DNA from: an uncultured virus (IMG/VR IMGVR_UViG_3300042467_002820)
Lineage: Duplodnaviria; Heunggongvirae; Uroviricota; Caudoviricetes
Reading direction: 5' to 3' (one strand)
DNA length: 64,000 bases
IMG/VR virus record: IMGVR_UViG_3300042467_002820
Below the pieces are notes generated by a model, which saw nothing but the letters and a program-made list of their open reading frames with translations, was not told the DNA's origin and did no database searches. This document shows, one piece after another, positions 55,301-64,000 of this stretch; position 1 is the stretch's first letter, and every line of letters begins with the position of its first letter. Made by a program: the position numbers and the translations under genes.

Positions 55301-56088
55301 CAATTAAAAACGGTCGTTTTGGCATGATGCCTGCATTGCCCTACGACGCAAATGGCAAAATTTCAACTGCACCGATCAACATCGAGCAGATCTTTACGGC
55401 TGGCAACATCATCGAAGGCAGTCTGCAGGTCAACTACCTTGATGCCGCCCAGCGATTAAACCTGCAAGCTTTGGTGACCTGGCGGGAAAGCTTGAAGTAC
55501 GACTTACCCAGTCAGCGCTCTGCCGTTGTCTCTTGGAGCGACACTGCTGGCAACACGCAAAATCAACAAAGTTACGACCTGTCTGAGTTCTGCACCAACA
55601 GAGACCAGGCGATATTGACAGCAAAATTCCTGCTATCTACAAGAAGAAAAATTACGCACAGTATTGCGTTCAAGACCGTGCCAGACGGACTTGATATTGA
55701 GCCCGGCTCGTACATCCGCGTCATTACAACAAGTACTACCTACTCAGCGCAAAACAATGGCGTGATTACGGACGCTGGCACTCTTGTGTCTGTTGACTCG
55801 ATTGCAGATGGCGAATACAAAGCGCTTGTGTATAAACCGCAAACGGGAGAAATTGTAGAAAAGCAAATTACGATCGCATCTGACGCCGTGACTGATGCTG
55901 AAGTTTACGGCTGCTTATTCACGCTACTTTCCACGAAAGTCAATCAAGCGGTCTATCAAGTTGAGCAGCTCACGATCGAGGAAGATGGATTGGTTAGTGT
56001 CGCCGCGATCCACGTACCGGTTACCGACACAGGCGCTAGCGTGGTTGCAGATGATGTGCTGAACGGCTTGTTTGAGGTGGAAGAATAA
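52228..56088 (+). CDS. Tail tip / host-specificity protein (J-like)
   Basis: 1286 aa; YGQAIPIPFG, GPSNLF.D, L.IEPG.YI.V; start uncertain. Confidence 0.75.
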   Translation: MAAWHPVHQSIDFDRRLETAGKPYDPPLLPYEIALIEALGCSEEEYKTFVRYAAQQAYIRPAEYEHIPEVYAVAPLAAAGYLAATSAAAAKSATTIILTNLAIGIALTAASLLLAPKPPAISDKRIKQRELRDQIGPTRFNQTSSFDNIASLAEYGQAIPIPFGRYDSTTGTGGLTLAPALVWSRVYSYGTYRAFEGIYVVGQYGLAQPPEIAGVRLGTFALNNLNTDEYALFWSSNPGSNNPTSERVLIGGSQGDRHKGTSGRKSPFTAPSITVDVDDAASMAYSPQSQVQFGTATPIANGTAYRYNWEIISAPSVSFEGEGGEDAKKETRARRKKIAGADADQVGGEPTGKSGQPGIGRAYSRTMGLTHHVTSSAFANYDNKTTVNVSKGDILKFTVFRQNYENLNDNFTYNGYKTQVNVKDLRDTAREWREQSSDLLSVGSEWLIGATVWRVVKNAGIDNVVSRLVIDLECVEILGDNRVGIAGERAVSNPLAGYEGQQFDETIHCDINHWPLCRYFSFTIRPVRRDTRVIEFGIRSQVWNRADGLCNFSVIPTPAKLDRLDRKDVTLTTPRQSRYFKRASFFQIAVRPVPTSTQTSDWSVIPQLFCVVGRSPIDLHNYIRIKASDSAYYEYKFIPKTGADIYHNYSNSRAWRLKADEAQLLDWTPHNTDYGVFYVQTNGLELTVAELLNSPQMLTDKSDVGNAPNVLPTIITPSAVSITRTRVDKGDNKDTVDAWLTSVLGLATNENLRGTTQRHTFTIAKPGTPAETMQLRVTATSVKNPEKPKDSIRRWTWQDISFRINSYVGTWALGTEGEITVTGLSWLTNPFAAKHRYTAVTLVISVAQVQEIVQRAQDADVSTAERSFEIGTGVADCSYFSEITKSNDSNPEHEIVYVNEYVENETTPQYTGMSVTALSLKSSGQINSVDQMRMWVPDGIAVRRLLDDTTGPSNLFTDAVLYLLENPDQGLGNTIPAPLIDETSLAVTGRFLQANGIFFDSVIEEPENLRSFLYDAASLQLCNFTIKNGRFGMMPALPYDANGKISTAPINIEQIFTAGNIIEGSLQVNYLDAAQRLNLQALVTWRESLKYDLPSQRSAVVSWSDTAGNTQNQQSYDLSEFCTNRDQAILTAKFLLSTRRKITHSIAFKTVPDGLDIEPGSYIRVITTSTTYSAQNNGVITDAGTLVSVDSIADGEYKALVYKPQTGEIVEKQITIASDAVTDAEVYGCLFTLLSTKVNQAVYQVEQLTIEEDGLVSVAAIHVPVTDTGASVVADDVLNGLFEVEE

Positions 56089-56453
56089 TGGCGTTCCCGT
56101 CCCTAACACCAACAAGCCGCGAGTTCTCGCCCGGCGACTGGCCGGTCAAGCGATTTAACTCGCAGTCTGGATCCGAAATTCGCATCCTGTACGGCAACCA
56201 ACGCAGCAACGCAAAACTCGGTCTTGGCTACGACAACATCAGCGACACCGAAGCGCAGCAGTTTTTGACTGATTACGACGCACAATTCGGCACACTCCGC
56301 ACTTTTGATTTGCCGGCAGCGGTCACCACTGGCACATCAGTTGCCATGCAATCACCCGCTGGCACGAAGTGGCGTTACGAAGCAGAACCGCAAGTGCGTT
56401 CTGTACGTCCGGGCATTAGCAGCGTTACAGTGAATTTGGTGGCGGTGTTCTAA
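56088..56453 (+). CDS. Minor tail protein
   Basis: FP.LTPTSR.F..G...WRY..EP.V. Confidence 0.6.
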   Translation: MAFPSLTPTSREFSPGDWPVKRFNSQSGSEIRILYGNQRSNAKLGLGYDNISDTEAQQFLTDYDAQFGTLRTFDLPAAVTTGTSVAMQSPAGTKWRYEAEPQVRSVRPGISSVTVNLVAVF

Positions 56454-56878
56454 TGGCCAAGATCTACACTGGCAAAGACGGACGCCTGCTGCTTGACGGC
56501 ATCGAGCAGGTCAAGGTCACCAACTGGACGCTAAGCGGTTCGCTTGAGATGCTGGAAACCACCAGCCTTGGTGAATCGCAGCGCAGCTACGCCCCAGGCG
56601 TACAGGAGTTCAACGGCAGCGCCACGCTCCTGTACTACAAAGACGCTGCAGGTCGCAATGACGCTGGTACAGCACTGCGCAAAATCATCAAGACTGATGG
56701 CGTTTCGGATGGCGACACCGTAACCATCAGACTACGCCTTGTTGATGGCGACACCACAAGCGACATAGCGCTAACCTCATACATCACAAGTGTCAGTATT
56801 GGCGCCAGCGTTGGCGAGATCAGTTCTGCCCAAATCAGCTTCCAAGCAACGGGCGCATTGCAAGCGGTAACAATCTAA
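56453..56878 (+). CDS. Tail-tube-fold minor tail protein
   Basis: YTGKDG, NWTL, ETTSLG, ISFQATG. Confidence 0.6.
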   Translation: MAKIYTGKDGRLLLDGIEQVKVTNWTLSGSLEMLETTSLGESQRSYAPGVQEFNGSATLLYYKDAAGRNDAGTALRKIIKTDGVSDGDTVTIRLRLVDGDTTSDIALTSYITSVSIGASVGEISSAQISFQATGALQAVTI

Positions 56879-57780
56879 TGGGCGTCTTTCTTGGCAACAT
56901 CGGCAACGTCGAGCTGACGCGGCGATCTTTCGAGGGCGTCAAGCTGTCGCTGGTCAATCCCGGCGACGTCAACTACGAACGCAACCGCTTCAGCTTTGAT
57001 TTTGCTGAAGGGATGCTGATCACTGGCGACCTAGTTGAAATAACCGCAACCGACGGAACCAACCTTGATTTCATCTCTCCTGATGGCTGGAGCGATGGCG
57101 TAGTCCGCGAAAGCGGCAAGTGGTTTATCCATGTTGATGAACTCGGCTCCATCCGCCTGTACGACAATTTTGATGACAGCCTTGAAGGCAGCACTGCAGG
57201 CTTGATCGAGCTGGCTCAGATCAGCCGCGACATTCCGATTAAGGTCGACGTCGAAGACACCTCAGGTCGCTTGCTCGCCAGTATTACGGATTATGAACTC
57301 AACACTAACCGCGAAACTGTCGACATCACATCGTTGTCGGATGAATACCGGCAGCAGTACAGCAGTCTGATTACAGGTAGCGGACGCTTCACTGCGCAGT
57401 GGGATTACGTCAATGAATTGCAGCAGGAACCCGTCAACTACTTGATGCAACTGGTGTTGCGCACCGAGATCGGTTCCGGCTTCCATGCCAAGCTGTACAT
57501 CAAAACGCTTGGTGCCAGTGCTTCTGGTGGATCGTTCTCGGGAACGCAAGTCAACGATGCACTGTGGTGGGAGTTTGATGCGCTTGTCACTAGTAGCGCT
57601 ACCAGCTTTGCACCTGGCGACATTGTGGTCAGCACAATAGATTTTGTAGCGACAGGACCGATTAAGTTACGTGCTCGCACTACCCCACGCCGTCGATTGC
57701 TGCAAGAAACGGGCGATCCGATCAAGTTGGAAGCCAAGACAGGCGATGGGTATCTGTTGCTGGAGGACAGTGATGTCTAA
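56878..57780 (+). CDS. Tail structural protein
   Basis: C-terminal tube-like segment (YELNT.RETVDITSL...IDFVATG). Confidence 0.6.
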   Translation: MGVFLGNIGNVELTRRSFEGVKLSLVNPGDVNYERNRFSFDFAEGMLITGDLVEITATDGTNLDFISPDGWSDGVVRESGKWFIHVDELGSIRLYDNFDDSLEGSTAGLIELAQISRDIPIKVDVEDTSGRLLASITDYELNTNRETVDITSLSDEYRQQYSSLITGSGRFTAQWDYVNELQQEPVNYLMQLVLRTEIGSGFHAKLYIKTLGASASGGSFSGTQVNDALWWEFDALVTSSATSFAPGDIVVSTIDFVATGPIKLRARTTPRRRLLQETGDPIKLEAKTGDGYLLLEDSDV

Positions 57781-57809
57781 AATGATGGCATCGACTGACG
57801 AGCGCGTAC

Positions 57810-60287
57810 GTGTCTGACCTCAGAATCAGCGAGCTACTGCAGCTTGCCGGCTCCAACCTTGCCGCTGGCGACTTCCTGCCTGTAGCTGATGTCAGCGCAA
57901 GTGAAACCCGTAAGATCACGGTCACAGACTTTTTCGGTAATGCGTCGACGCTGATTGCCGATGCAACCATTCCAAGCGCCAAAATTTTGTTTGGTGCTGG
58001 CTCTATTCCCGGCAGCGCACTGCAAGGCGAAACCGTTAATACTTCGCAAATCGCTAACGATGCAATTAACGCTGCAAAGCTTGGCAATAATTCCAGTGTT
58101 CGACTTGTAACTACGCTGCCCGCTTCTGGAGATTTTATTGGTCAGATCGCGCTTGACACCGATGATCTGAAGATCTACTGCTGGAACGGTTCCGTTTGGC
58201 TGTCGATCAAAGCAGCGGGCAGCATCAATACCATCGTCGGCGGCGACGCTGGCGTGGTGAACGTCACGGCTTCGCAGACTGGCGATACCGTCACCATCAA
58301 CACGACACTTGATAACACCACCGCCGCAAGTCAGTTTCTCGCTGGTCCGACGTCCGGCGCTGGCGCAGTAGCTTACAGAACAATCCAAGGTGCCGATCTA
58401 CCAACCGCCACGACGACCTCAAAAGGCGGTGTGATTGTCAACGGAAACGGACTAACCGTTTCTGGCGACACCCTGGCAATCAACAACACAGTCGCCGCCA
58501 GCGGAACCAACTACGTCGTCACCTACAACGCTCAAGGTTTGGTGACGGGCGGTCGCGCCATCATTGGTTCCGACGTCCCAGTAGCAACTTCTGGATCTGT
58601 TGGCGTTGTTGCCCCCGGTGCCGGACTCGGCGTTAATGCCGCTGGCACAATCAGCCACACCAATAGTGTTACCCCTGGTACTTACGAAAAAGTCACGGTT
58701 GACGCCCAAGGTCACGTCACTGCCGGTGGTCAACTGGTCAGCGCCGATCTTGCTGACATCAACTTCAGCGCCAGCCAACTCACCACCGGCACAATCAGCG
58801 GTGATCGCTTTGCTGCCAATTCAATCACTGGCTCGAAACTAGCCAACTTCGCCGTTACGCAGATTGGCGGTTCAGGTTCCACCGCAGGCGTCGTTGTCTT
58901 CCCGACCGCTGATTACACCGGTCAGTATTTTTACGACTCGCTAAACGGCGATCTGTATTTGTACGACGGTAACGCTTGGCAGCCGATCACAATTACAGCA
59001 GGCGAAATTATCTTCGCTGGTACGTTTAGCGCCAATCCCACATACAACAGCGGCGCCGGCAAAATCCTTACGCTGACTAGCGCTGGCACAGCACTGGGAC
59101 TGTCGGTTAACAGCGCTCTCCCCGCTGCTGCGGCTACAAACAGCAGGTATTACTTTGTGGTGTCGGAGGGTGGCACCCCGACTACCGGTAACGCACCTCA
59201 AGTTGCGCTTGCTCCACCGGACATTGTTCTGTCGGATGGAACCGCTTGGACACATGTCGATGTGTCGTCGACGGTTGCAGCGCAAACTGCCTCGAACATT
59301 ACAACCACTGCTATTTCCGGCGTAACCGGCAGCAATGTCCAGGACATGCTGGCATCGCTGAACACTATCAAAGCAAACAAGGCTGGAGATACTTTTACCG
59401 GAAATGTCACGCTAGACGCTGTCAGTCTTGTTTACGACACCGGTTCGTTTAACACCACAATCTCGGCAGCTACCGCCTCAGCGGCTCGCGCAATTACTTT
59501 TCCAGATCTAAGCGGCACTGTTCTTGTTAGCGGTAATGCGAATATCGTCAATGCCGATGTTTCCGTTAGTGCTGCTATTGCCTACAGCAAGCTTGCGCTG
59601 ACTGGCAGCGTTGTAAACGCTGACATTGGTGCTAGTGCTGCCGTCGCCTACAGCAAGTTGGCGCTAACAAATAGCATTGTCAATGCTGATATTGCGAGCA
59701 GCGCTGCTGTTGCTTACAGCAAGCTCAACCTGAGCAGCAGTATTGTCAATGCTGATATTGCTTCTGGTGCAGCGGTCGCTTACAGCAAATTGGCGCTCAG
59801 TAACAGCATTGTCAACGCCGACATTTCTTCAAGCGCTGCTATTGCCGATAGCAAACTTGCCACTATTTCTACTGCGGGCAAGGTTAGCGGTGCAGCAATT
59901 ACCAGCGGTACGATTGGAGGCAGCACTGCAATTAACACTAGTGGCGCAATCGCAACATCAAGCACGCTTAATGTTACAGGTCAAACCACGCTTAAAGAAA
60001 TCAAGGAAACTATTTATGACCTGACTGGTACTGCTATTGATCCCGCAAACGGAACGGTTCAGTACAAGTCATTGAGTGGTAACACTACATTCACCGAAGC
60101 ACTGGAGAGCGGGCAGTCAGTATTGCTTCGGCTTGAGAACGGAAGTAGTTATACGGTGACGTGGCCAACAATTACTTGGGTATCGGCGGGCGGCAATGCG
60201 GCTCCCGTACTTACCGCAAAAGATGTGCTGGTATTTTGGAAAATCAGCACAACCCTGTATGGTGCTTATGTCGGGAGTTATGTCTGA
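57810..60287 (+). CDS. Long tail fibre protein
   Basis: Gly/Thr/Ser-rich; KVTVDAQGHVTAG; 22-aa repeats. Confidence 0.8.
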   Translation: MSDLRISELLQLAGSNLAAGDFLPVADVSASETRKITVTDFFGNASTLIADATIPSAKILFGAGSIPGSALQGETVNTSQIANDAINAAKLGNNSSVRLVTTLPASGDFIGQIALDTDDLKIYCWNGSVWLSIKAAGSINTIVGGDAGVVNVTASQTGDTVTINTTLDNTTAASQFLAGPTSGAGAVAYRTIQGADLPTATTTSKGGVIVNGNGLTVSGDTLAINNTVAASGTNYVVTYNAQGLVTGGRAIIGSDVPVATSGSVGVVAPGAGLGVNAAGTISHTNSVTPGTYEKVTVDAQGHVTAGGQLVSADLADINFSASQLTTGTISGDRFAANSITGSKLANFAVTQIGGSGSTAGVVVFPTADYTGQYFYDSLNGDLYLYDGNAWQPITITAGEIIFAGTFSANPTYNSGAGKILTLTSAGTALGLSVNSALPAAAATNSRYYFVVSEGGTPTTGNAPQVALAPPDIVLSDGTAWTHVDVSSTVAAQTASNITTTAISGVTGSNVQDMLASLNTIKANKAGDTFTGNVTLDAVSLVYDTGSFNTTISAATASAARAITFPDLSGTVLVSGNANIVNADVSVSAAIAYSKLALTGSVVNADIGASAAVAYSKLALTNSIVNADIASSAAVAYSKLNLSSSIVNADIASGAAVAYSKLALSNSIVNADISSSAAIADSKLATISTAGKVSGAAITSGTIGGSTAINTSGAIATSSTLNVTGQTTLKEIKETIYDLTGTAIDPANGTVQYKSLSGNTTFTEALESGQSVLLRLENGSSYTVTWPTITWVSAGGNAAPVLTAKDVLVFWKISTTLYGAYVGSYV
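59544..59870 (+). repeat. Five 66-bp (22-aa) coding tandem repeats
   Basis: IVNADIxxSAAVAYSKLAL(T/S)xS x5. Confidence 0.85.
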
Positions 60288-61579
60288 TGATTAGTAAGCT
60301 CTTGCTGTTGGCCGCAACCGGCGAACTCACCAAAGATTATTGGATTGCACGTCTTTCGACAGCAAGCAACGATGAATACGTTAGTGGCATAGCAGTGACC
60401 GCAAATAATGATATTTATTTTTGCGGCAGATATCCGACAAGCCCTGGTTATGCGTTAATTGGAAAAATGGACAAAAATGCTAATCTTAGCTGGCAGCGGT
60501 CTTTGGGTTCTGGCGGATTTTACTCTTATGCCGCTGTTGGCATAGCTTTGGACAGCTCTGAAAACTCATATATCGCACTAAATGAAAGCGGAGGTGGCAC
60601 ACTTGCTGTTGTCTGCAGCTACTCTTCTTCCGGCTCCATTAGATGGCAGAGAAGAATTACAAATGCCTACATAAATGCTATAGCAACAAATTCAAGTGGC
60701 GATACATACATTGCCGGCTATACTGGCAGCTTTGGCGCGGAAGAAGCTTACATAGCAAAATACAATTCGTCTGGCGTGCTGCAGTGGCAAAAAATCTTAT
60801 CAATGGACGAAGGCCAAAGCTCGCTTTATAGGGCAATTACTCTTGACGCTAGCCATAATCCTGTTGTGTGCGGAAATTATGCTCCTAGCACTTTTAATCG
60901 TTTTTTAACAGTTAAATACAATTCATCTGGCGCTCTTCAGTTCCAGCGAAGTGTTCATACAACTGATGCAAACTGGACAGCAACGGCTATCGCAACAGAC
61001 GCTTCTTCCAATGTATTTGTTTTTGGCAAAGGAAATGACGCGTTAGGCGCAATTAAATACACAAGCAATGGCACTTATTCGGCATCTACGATTATTAACC
61101 GAACAATTAACAGTGTTGCCGCCGCTGCAAAAGACTCTTCTGGTAATATATATATCGTTTCAACAGATAATATAGGTACTTATTTTTCGGGCACAGAAAG
61201 ACGCAACGATTTTTATGCTGTAAAATATGACAACAGTCTTTCAGTGCAGTATCAACGTTATTTGGGTACCACAAATTCGGAAACGGCCTATGCAATAGCT
61301 GTGCAGCCATTCAGTTTGTATTTGGCAGGCGCAGCATTTACATCTTTTGTTTTTGGGCCGACCGCCCCTAATGGCTTAGTCGCTCATTTGCCATTAAATG
61401 GCTCCGGAACTGGTACGTATGGCTCGTATTACTACAACAGCGCAAGTTGGAGCACTGCGTCTATGACTCTTCTTTTTAATACAACATCAATTAGCGACAA
61501 CTCGGTAACGCTTACCGAAGCCGCATCGACCCTTGCCGACTCCGCCGTTACACTAACAGTAACGAAAACTGACGTGTAA
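60287..61579 (+). CDS. Beta-propeller receptor-binding-like protein
   Basis: Repeats IA.DSS.N.Y..G...KYNSSG.LQWQ; AT-rich. Confidence 0.7.
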   Translation: MISKLLLLAATGELTKDYWIARLSTASNDEYVSGIAVTANNDIYFCGRYPTSPGYALIGKMDKNANLSWQRSLGSGGFYSYAAVGIALDSSENSYIALNESGGGTLAVVCSYSSSGSIRWQRRITNAYINAIATNSSGDTYIAGYTGSFGAEEAYIAKYNSSGVLQWQKILSMDEGQSSLYRAITLDASHNPVVCGNYAPSTFNRFLTVKYNSSGALQFQRSVHTTDANWTATAIATDASSNVFVFGKGNDALGAIKYTSNGTYSASTIINRTINSVAAAAKDSSGNIYIVSTDNIGTYFSGTERRNDFYAVKYDNSLSVQYQRYLGTTNSETAYAIAVQPFSLYLAGAAFTSFVFGPTAPNGLVAHLPLNGSGTGTYGSYYYNSASWSTASMTLLFNTTSISDNSVTLTEAASTLADSAVTLTVTKTDV

Positions 61580-62034
61580 TGCTCGCTTTTCTCGCTGACC
61601 CGCAAACGCCCATCGGGCGCCAGCAGCTCCAAGAGCGGTATCCGCGCGTCAGTTTTCCAGCCGACCTCGAAAAAGCTGACCTCGCCTCCTACGGCGTGAT
61701 CAGCATCCGCGAAGTCCCAATGCCCGAGTGCGATTACCGCACCGAGCGCGTGGTGCAGCTTCCGGTTGAACAGGTCGAAGGCATTTGGACGCAGCGCTGG
61801 GACGTGCAGCCGCTGTCGAGCGAAGAGCAACAGATCATCGTCGACAACCATGCCAATGGCGTCCGCCGAGAGCGCAATGCACGTCTAACCGCTTGCGACT
61901 GGACCCAGCTCCCCGATACCGGTCTCGATGCTCAAGTTCGTATCAACTGGGCGAAGTACCGCGCTGAACTGCGCAACGTTCCATCGCAAACCGGATTTCC
62001 GTGGAACGTGACTTGGCCACAGCAGCCTGAGTAA
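61579..62034 (+). CDS. Tail fibre assembly chaperone
   Basis: R..RNARL..CDWTQLPD...W..YR..LR.VP.Q.GFP.NV.WP..P. Confidence 0.85.
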   Translation: MLAFLADPQTPIGRQQLQERYPRVSFPADLEKADLASYGVISIREVPMPECDYRTERVVQLPVEQVEGIWTQRWDVQPLSSEEQQIIVDNHANGVRRERNARLTACDWTQLPDTGLDAQVRINWAKYRAELRNVPSQTGFPWNVTWPQQPE

Positions 62035-62057
62035 CCTGTACTTACGGCACTGAAGTC

Positions 62058-62642
62058 ATGATCTACCCCGCTACCTACAACCTGACGATTCTGCAAAACG
62101 CAACTTGGAAAGGTTCGTTTCGTGCCACGCAGAACCGTCAAACGCTCAGCAGTATCAGCATTGCAGGCGGTACGCCTACTTTTAACTGTGATTGCCACGG
62201 CTTAACGGCTGGCGACAAGGTTGTATTTACAGGTGGCACCACAATTCCATGTGGCTTGACGCTTAATACGATCTACTACGTCATCTCTGCGGGTCTTACC
62301 ACAGGTGCTTTTCAAGTCAGCGCTAGCAGCGGCGGTAGCAGCATCAGCGTCACTGGCACAGCAACTGGCACGTTTTACGTCGCCGAGCCCGTCAACTTAA
62401 CCAGCTACGGCATCGACGCTGACATCCGTGGATTGATCGACAACAGTTCGATTGCAACATTCACGCCATCAATTACGACTGCTGCCGATGGTTTGTTTGA
62501 ATTGCTGCTGCCAAAAGAAACCGCATTGACGCTTGCAGAAGGCCGCTACGGCTGGGATTTGTCGCTGACTACCTCCGGCGGTGAGCGTTACTATTGGCTT
62601 ACAGGTGTCGCCACCGTACAGCGCACGTACTCACGGAATTGA
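62058..62642 (+). CDS. Tail/baseplate-associated structural protein
   Basis: PATYNLTI.Q.AT; HGL..GD.V.F...LNTIYYV insertion; YWL.G. Confidence 0.6.
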   Translation: MIYPATYNLTILQNATWKGSFRATQNRQTLSSISIAGGTPTFNCDCHGLTAGDKVVFTGGTTIPCGLTLNTIYYVISAGLTTGAFQVSASSGGSSISVTGTATGTFYVAEPVNLTSYGIDADIRGLIDNSSIATFTPSITTAADGLFELLLPKETALTLAEGRYGWDLSLTTSGGERYYWLTGVATVQRTYSRN

Positions 62643-62645
62643 TCC

Positions 62646-64000
62646 ATGTCTGACGTACAAATTGCGGTTATTGACCAGCAGGATACGCAAATCGTGCTGG
62701 CGGTACCTGGCGTGCAAGGCGCTACCGGCAGCTCAATTCCATCTGGCGGCACAGCAGATCAGGTGCTGCGCAAGAACAGCAGCACCAATTACGACGCCAA
62801 CTGGTCGCAGGTGACCTCGGCGATGATCGCCGATGGAACCATCGTTAATGCAGATGTCAACAACGGCGCTGCCATCGCTGGCACCAAGATCAGCCCGGAT
62901 TTTGGCGGTCAAGCTGTTACGACCACAGGTCAGGTTAATGCTGCACGTGTCAACGTCACTGCAAACACAGCACCCAGCAACGGCATTTATCTACCTGCCT
63001 CAAACACCGTAGCGGTAGCAACTAATGGCACTGGGAGGTTGTTTGTTGATGCGAGTGGCCGCGTAGGGGTGGGCACTACGAGCCCTGCAAGCGGACGCGC
63101 GCTGACATTGGATAACGCTTCTAATTACTATGGATTAGAGTTGCAAGTAGGCGGCACAAGTATTGGAAGTTTAATCCAAGAATCAACGGGCCTTCTTTAT
63201 TTGGGCACTACAACTGCAGGCGGCGCTCTTGTATTGAGAAGTGGTAATCAAGCAGAAGCCGCCCGCATCGACTCCAGCGGCAGATTAGGCATAGGGACTA
63301 GTTCGCCTGGGTTTAAACTTACAATTGAAGACAGCGCAACACCTCGAATTAGAATTGGCGATGGTGTCAGGCATCTAAACGTAGACGGTGGTTCTGCAAG
63401 TCAAAACGCAGCTATTGGCACAGATTACAGCGGTTCGTTTGGAATCTACACCAATGGCGCTGCAAATACTCGTCTTCATATAACCTCGGCAGGGCTTGTA
63501 GGGATTGGCACTACTGACGCTAGAGGCGTATTGCGGCTTGCAGGTTCATCTGCAAATGCTTTTCCAAACAACGGCGGTCTGTTGTGGCTTACCGATACGA
63601 ACGCTGCAACGGACTACAAAAACTGGAGTGTAAGTTCTATCAATGGAGACTTTGGAGTAGCAAGAGGAAGTGACGCCTTTAATACGGGTCAAAACGCATA
63701 CAAGATCACTGGATCGGCGACGCAAGGATATGTAGGCGAACACATCTGGTACACAAACAATTCAAGCGAGAAAGTCCGAATCTCAAACTCGGGGCAGCTC
63801 TTGGTTGGTACGTCTAGTGCGCTTAGCGGCCCCTACTGGACCAATTTGGCAAACTTGCAGGTAGCCGGTTCGTATGGCGTCGGACATTTTGCTACTTTTG
63901 TTAATTCAACTTCTGGCGCGGGCCTGGTTTTTCAAAAGAGCAGAAATGCTTCTGTCGGTGGCAATACCATCGTCAGTAATAACGATTTATTGATGGATAT
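62646..64000 (+). CDS. Modular tail fibre protein, N-terminal part (runs off window)
   Basis: Open from ATG 62646 (MSDVQIAVIDQQ...) to the end; repeated R(I/L)xSxGxVGIGT joints. Confidence 0.85.
   Translation, partial: MSDVQIAVIDQQDTQIVLAVPGVQGATGSSIPSGGTADQVLRKNSSTNYDANWSQVTSAMIADGTIVNADVNNGAAIAGTKISPDFGGQAVTTTGQVNAARVNVTANTAPSNGIYLPASNTVAVATNGTGRLFVDASGRVGVGTTSPASGRALTLDNASNYYGLELQVGGTSIGSLIQESTGLLYLGTTTAGGALVLRSGNQAEAARIDSSGRLGIGTSSPGFKLTIEDSATPRIRIGDGVRHLNVDGGSASQNAAIGTDYSGSFGIYTNGAANTRLHITSAGLVGIGTTDARGVLRLAGSSANAFPNNGGLLWLTDTNAATDYKNWSVSSINGDFGVARGSDAFNTGQNAYKITGSATQGYVGEHIWYTNNSSEKVRISNSGQLLVGTSSALSGPYWTNLANLQVAGSYGVGHFATFVNSTSGAGLVFQKSRNASVGGNTIVSNNDLLMD

Noticed and set aside
59544..59870. 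Novel repeat element
   Set aside because: Ordinary 22-aa coding repeat of a fibre shaft with synonymous divergence
57810..64000. Diversity-generating retroelement acting on fibres
   Set aside because: No reverse transcriptase and no TR/VR pair differing at adenines seen

Overview
The window is almost a whole (about 64 kb or slightly more, apparently circularly permuted) tailed dsDNA phage genome of siphovirus type. The host is very probably a picocyanobacterium, based on a cyanobacterial-type AbrB, a cyanobacterial-type ThyX, an RpoD-like sigma factor and a YxxRH-type tyrosine recombinase. Gene order: tail-fibre 3' end, HNH, tyrosine recombinase, lysis genes; DNA polymerase A, primase-helicase, SSB, exonuclease, dNMP kinase, sigma factor; a non-coding control region of about 950 bp (three tandem TTGACA promoters, then about 500 nt of densely base-paired sequence); an early operon of small genes; thyX and dcd; terminase, portal, an unusual block of head-associated modular proteins, MuF, DUF2213, capsid, neck, tail tube, frameshifted tail chaperone, tape measure, tail tip and fibres. 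Best novelty candidates: (1) a putative capsid-cargo system between portal and protease, in which effector domains (an intact protein kinase, a GNAT-like domain and others) are each preceded by an R-x-D motif plus a K-(P)-C-G-x-x-x-I-x4-C tag. The same R-x-D motif starts the portal, DUF2213 and major capsid proteins. (2) A large structured RNA with mutually exclusive long-range pairings, just behind the early promoters. (3) An arm-less tyrosine recombinase inside a modular tail-fibre locus. Two iteron-like repeat arrays and abrupt in-frame AT/TA-rich codon patches were also seen. All family calls are by motif recognition only; no searches were run.
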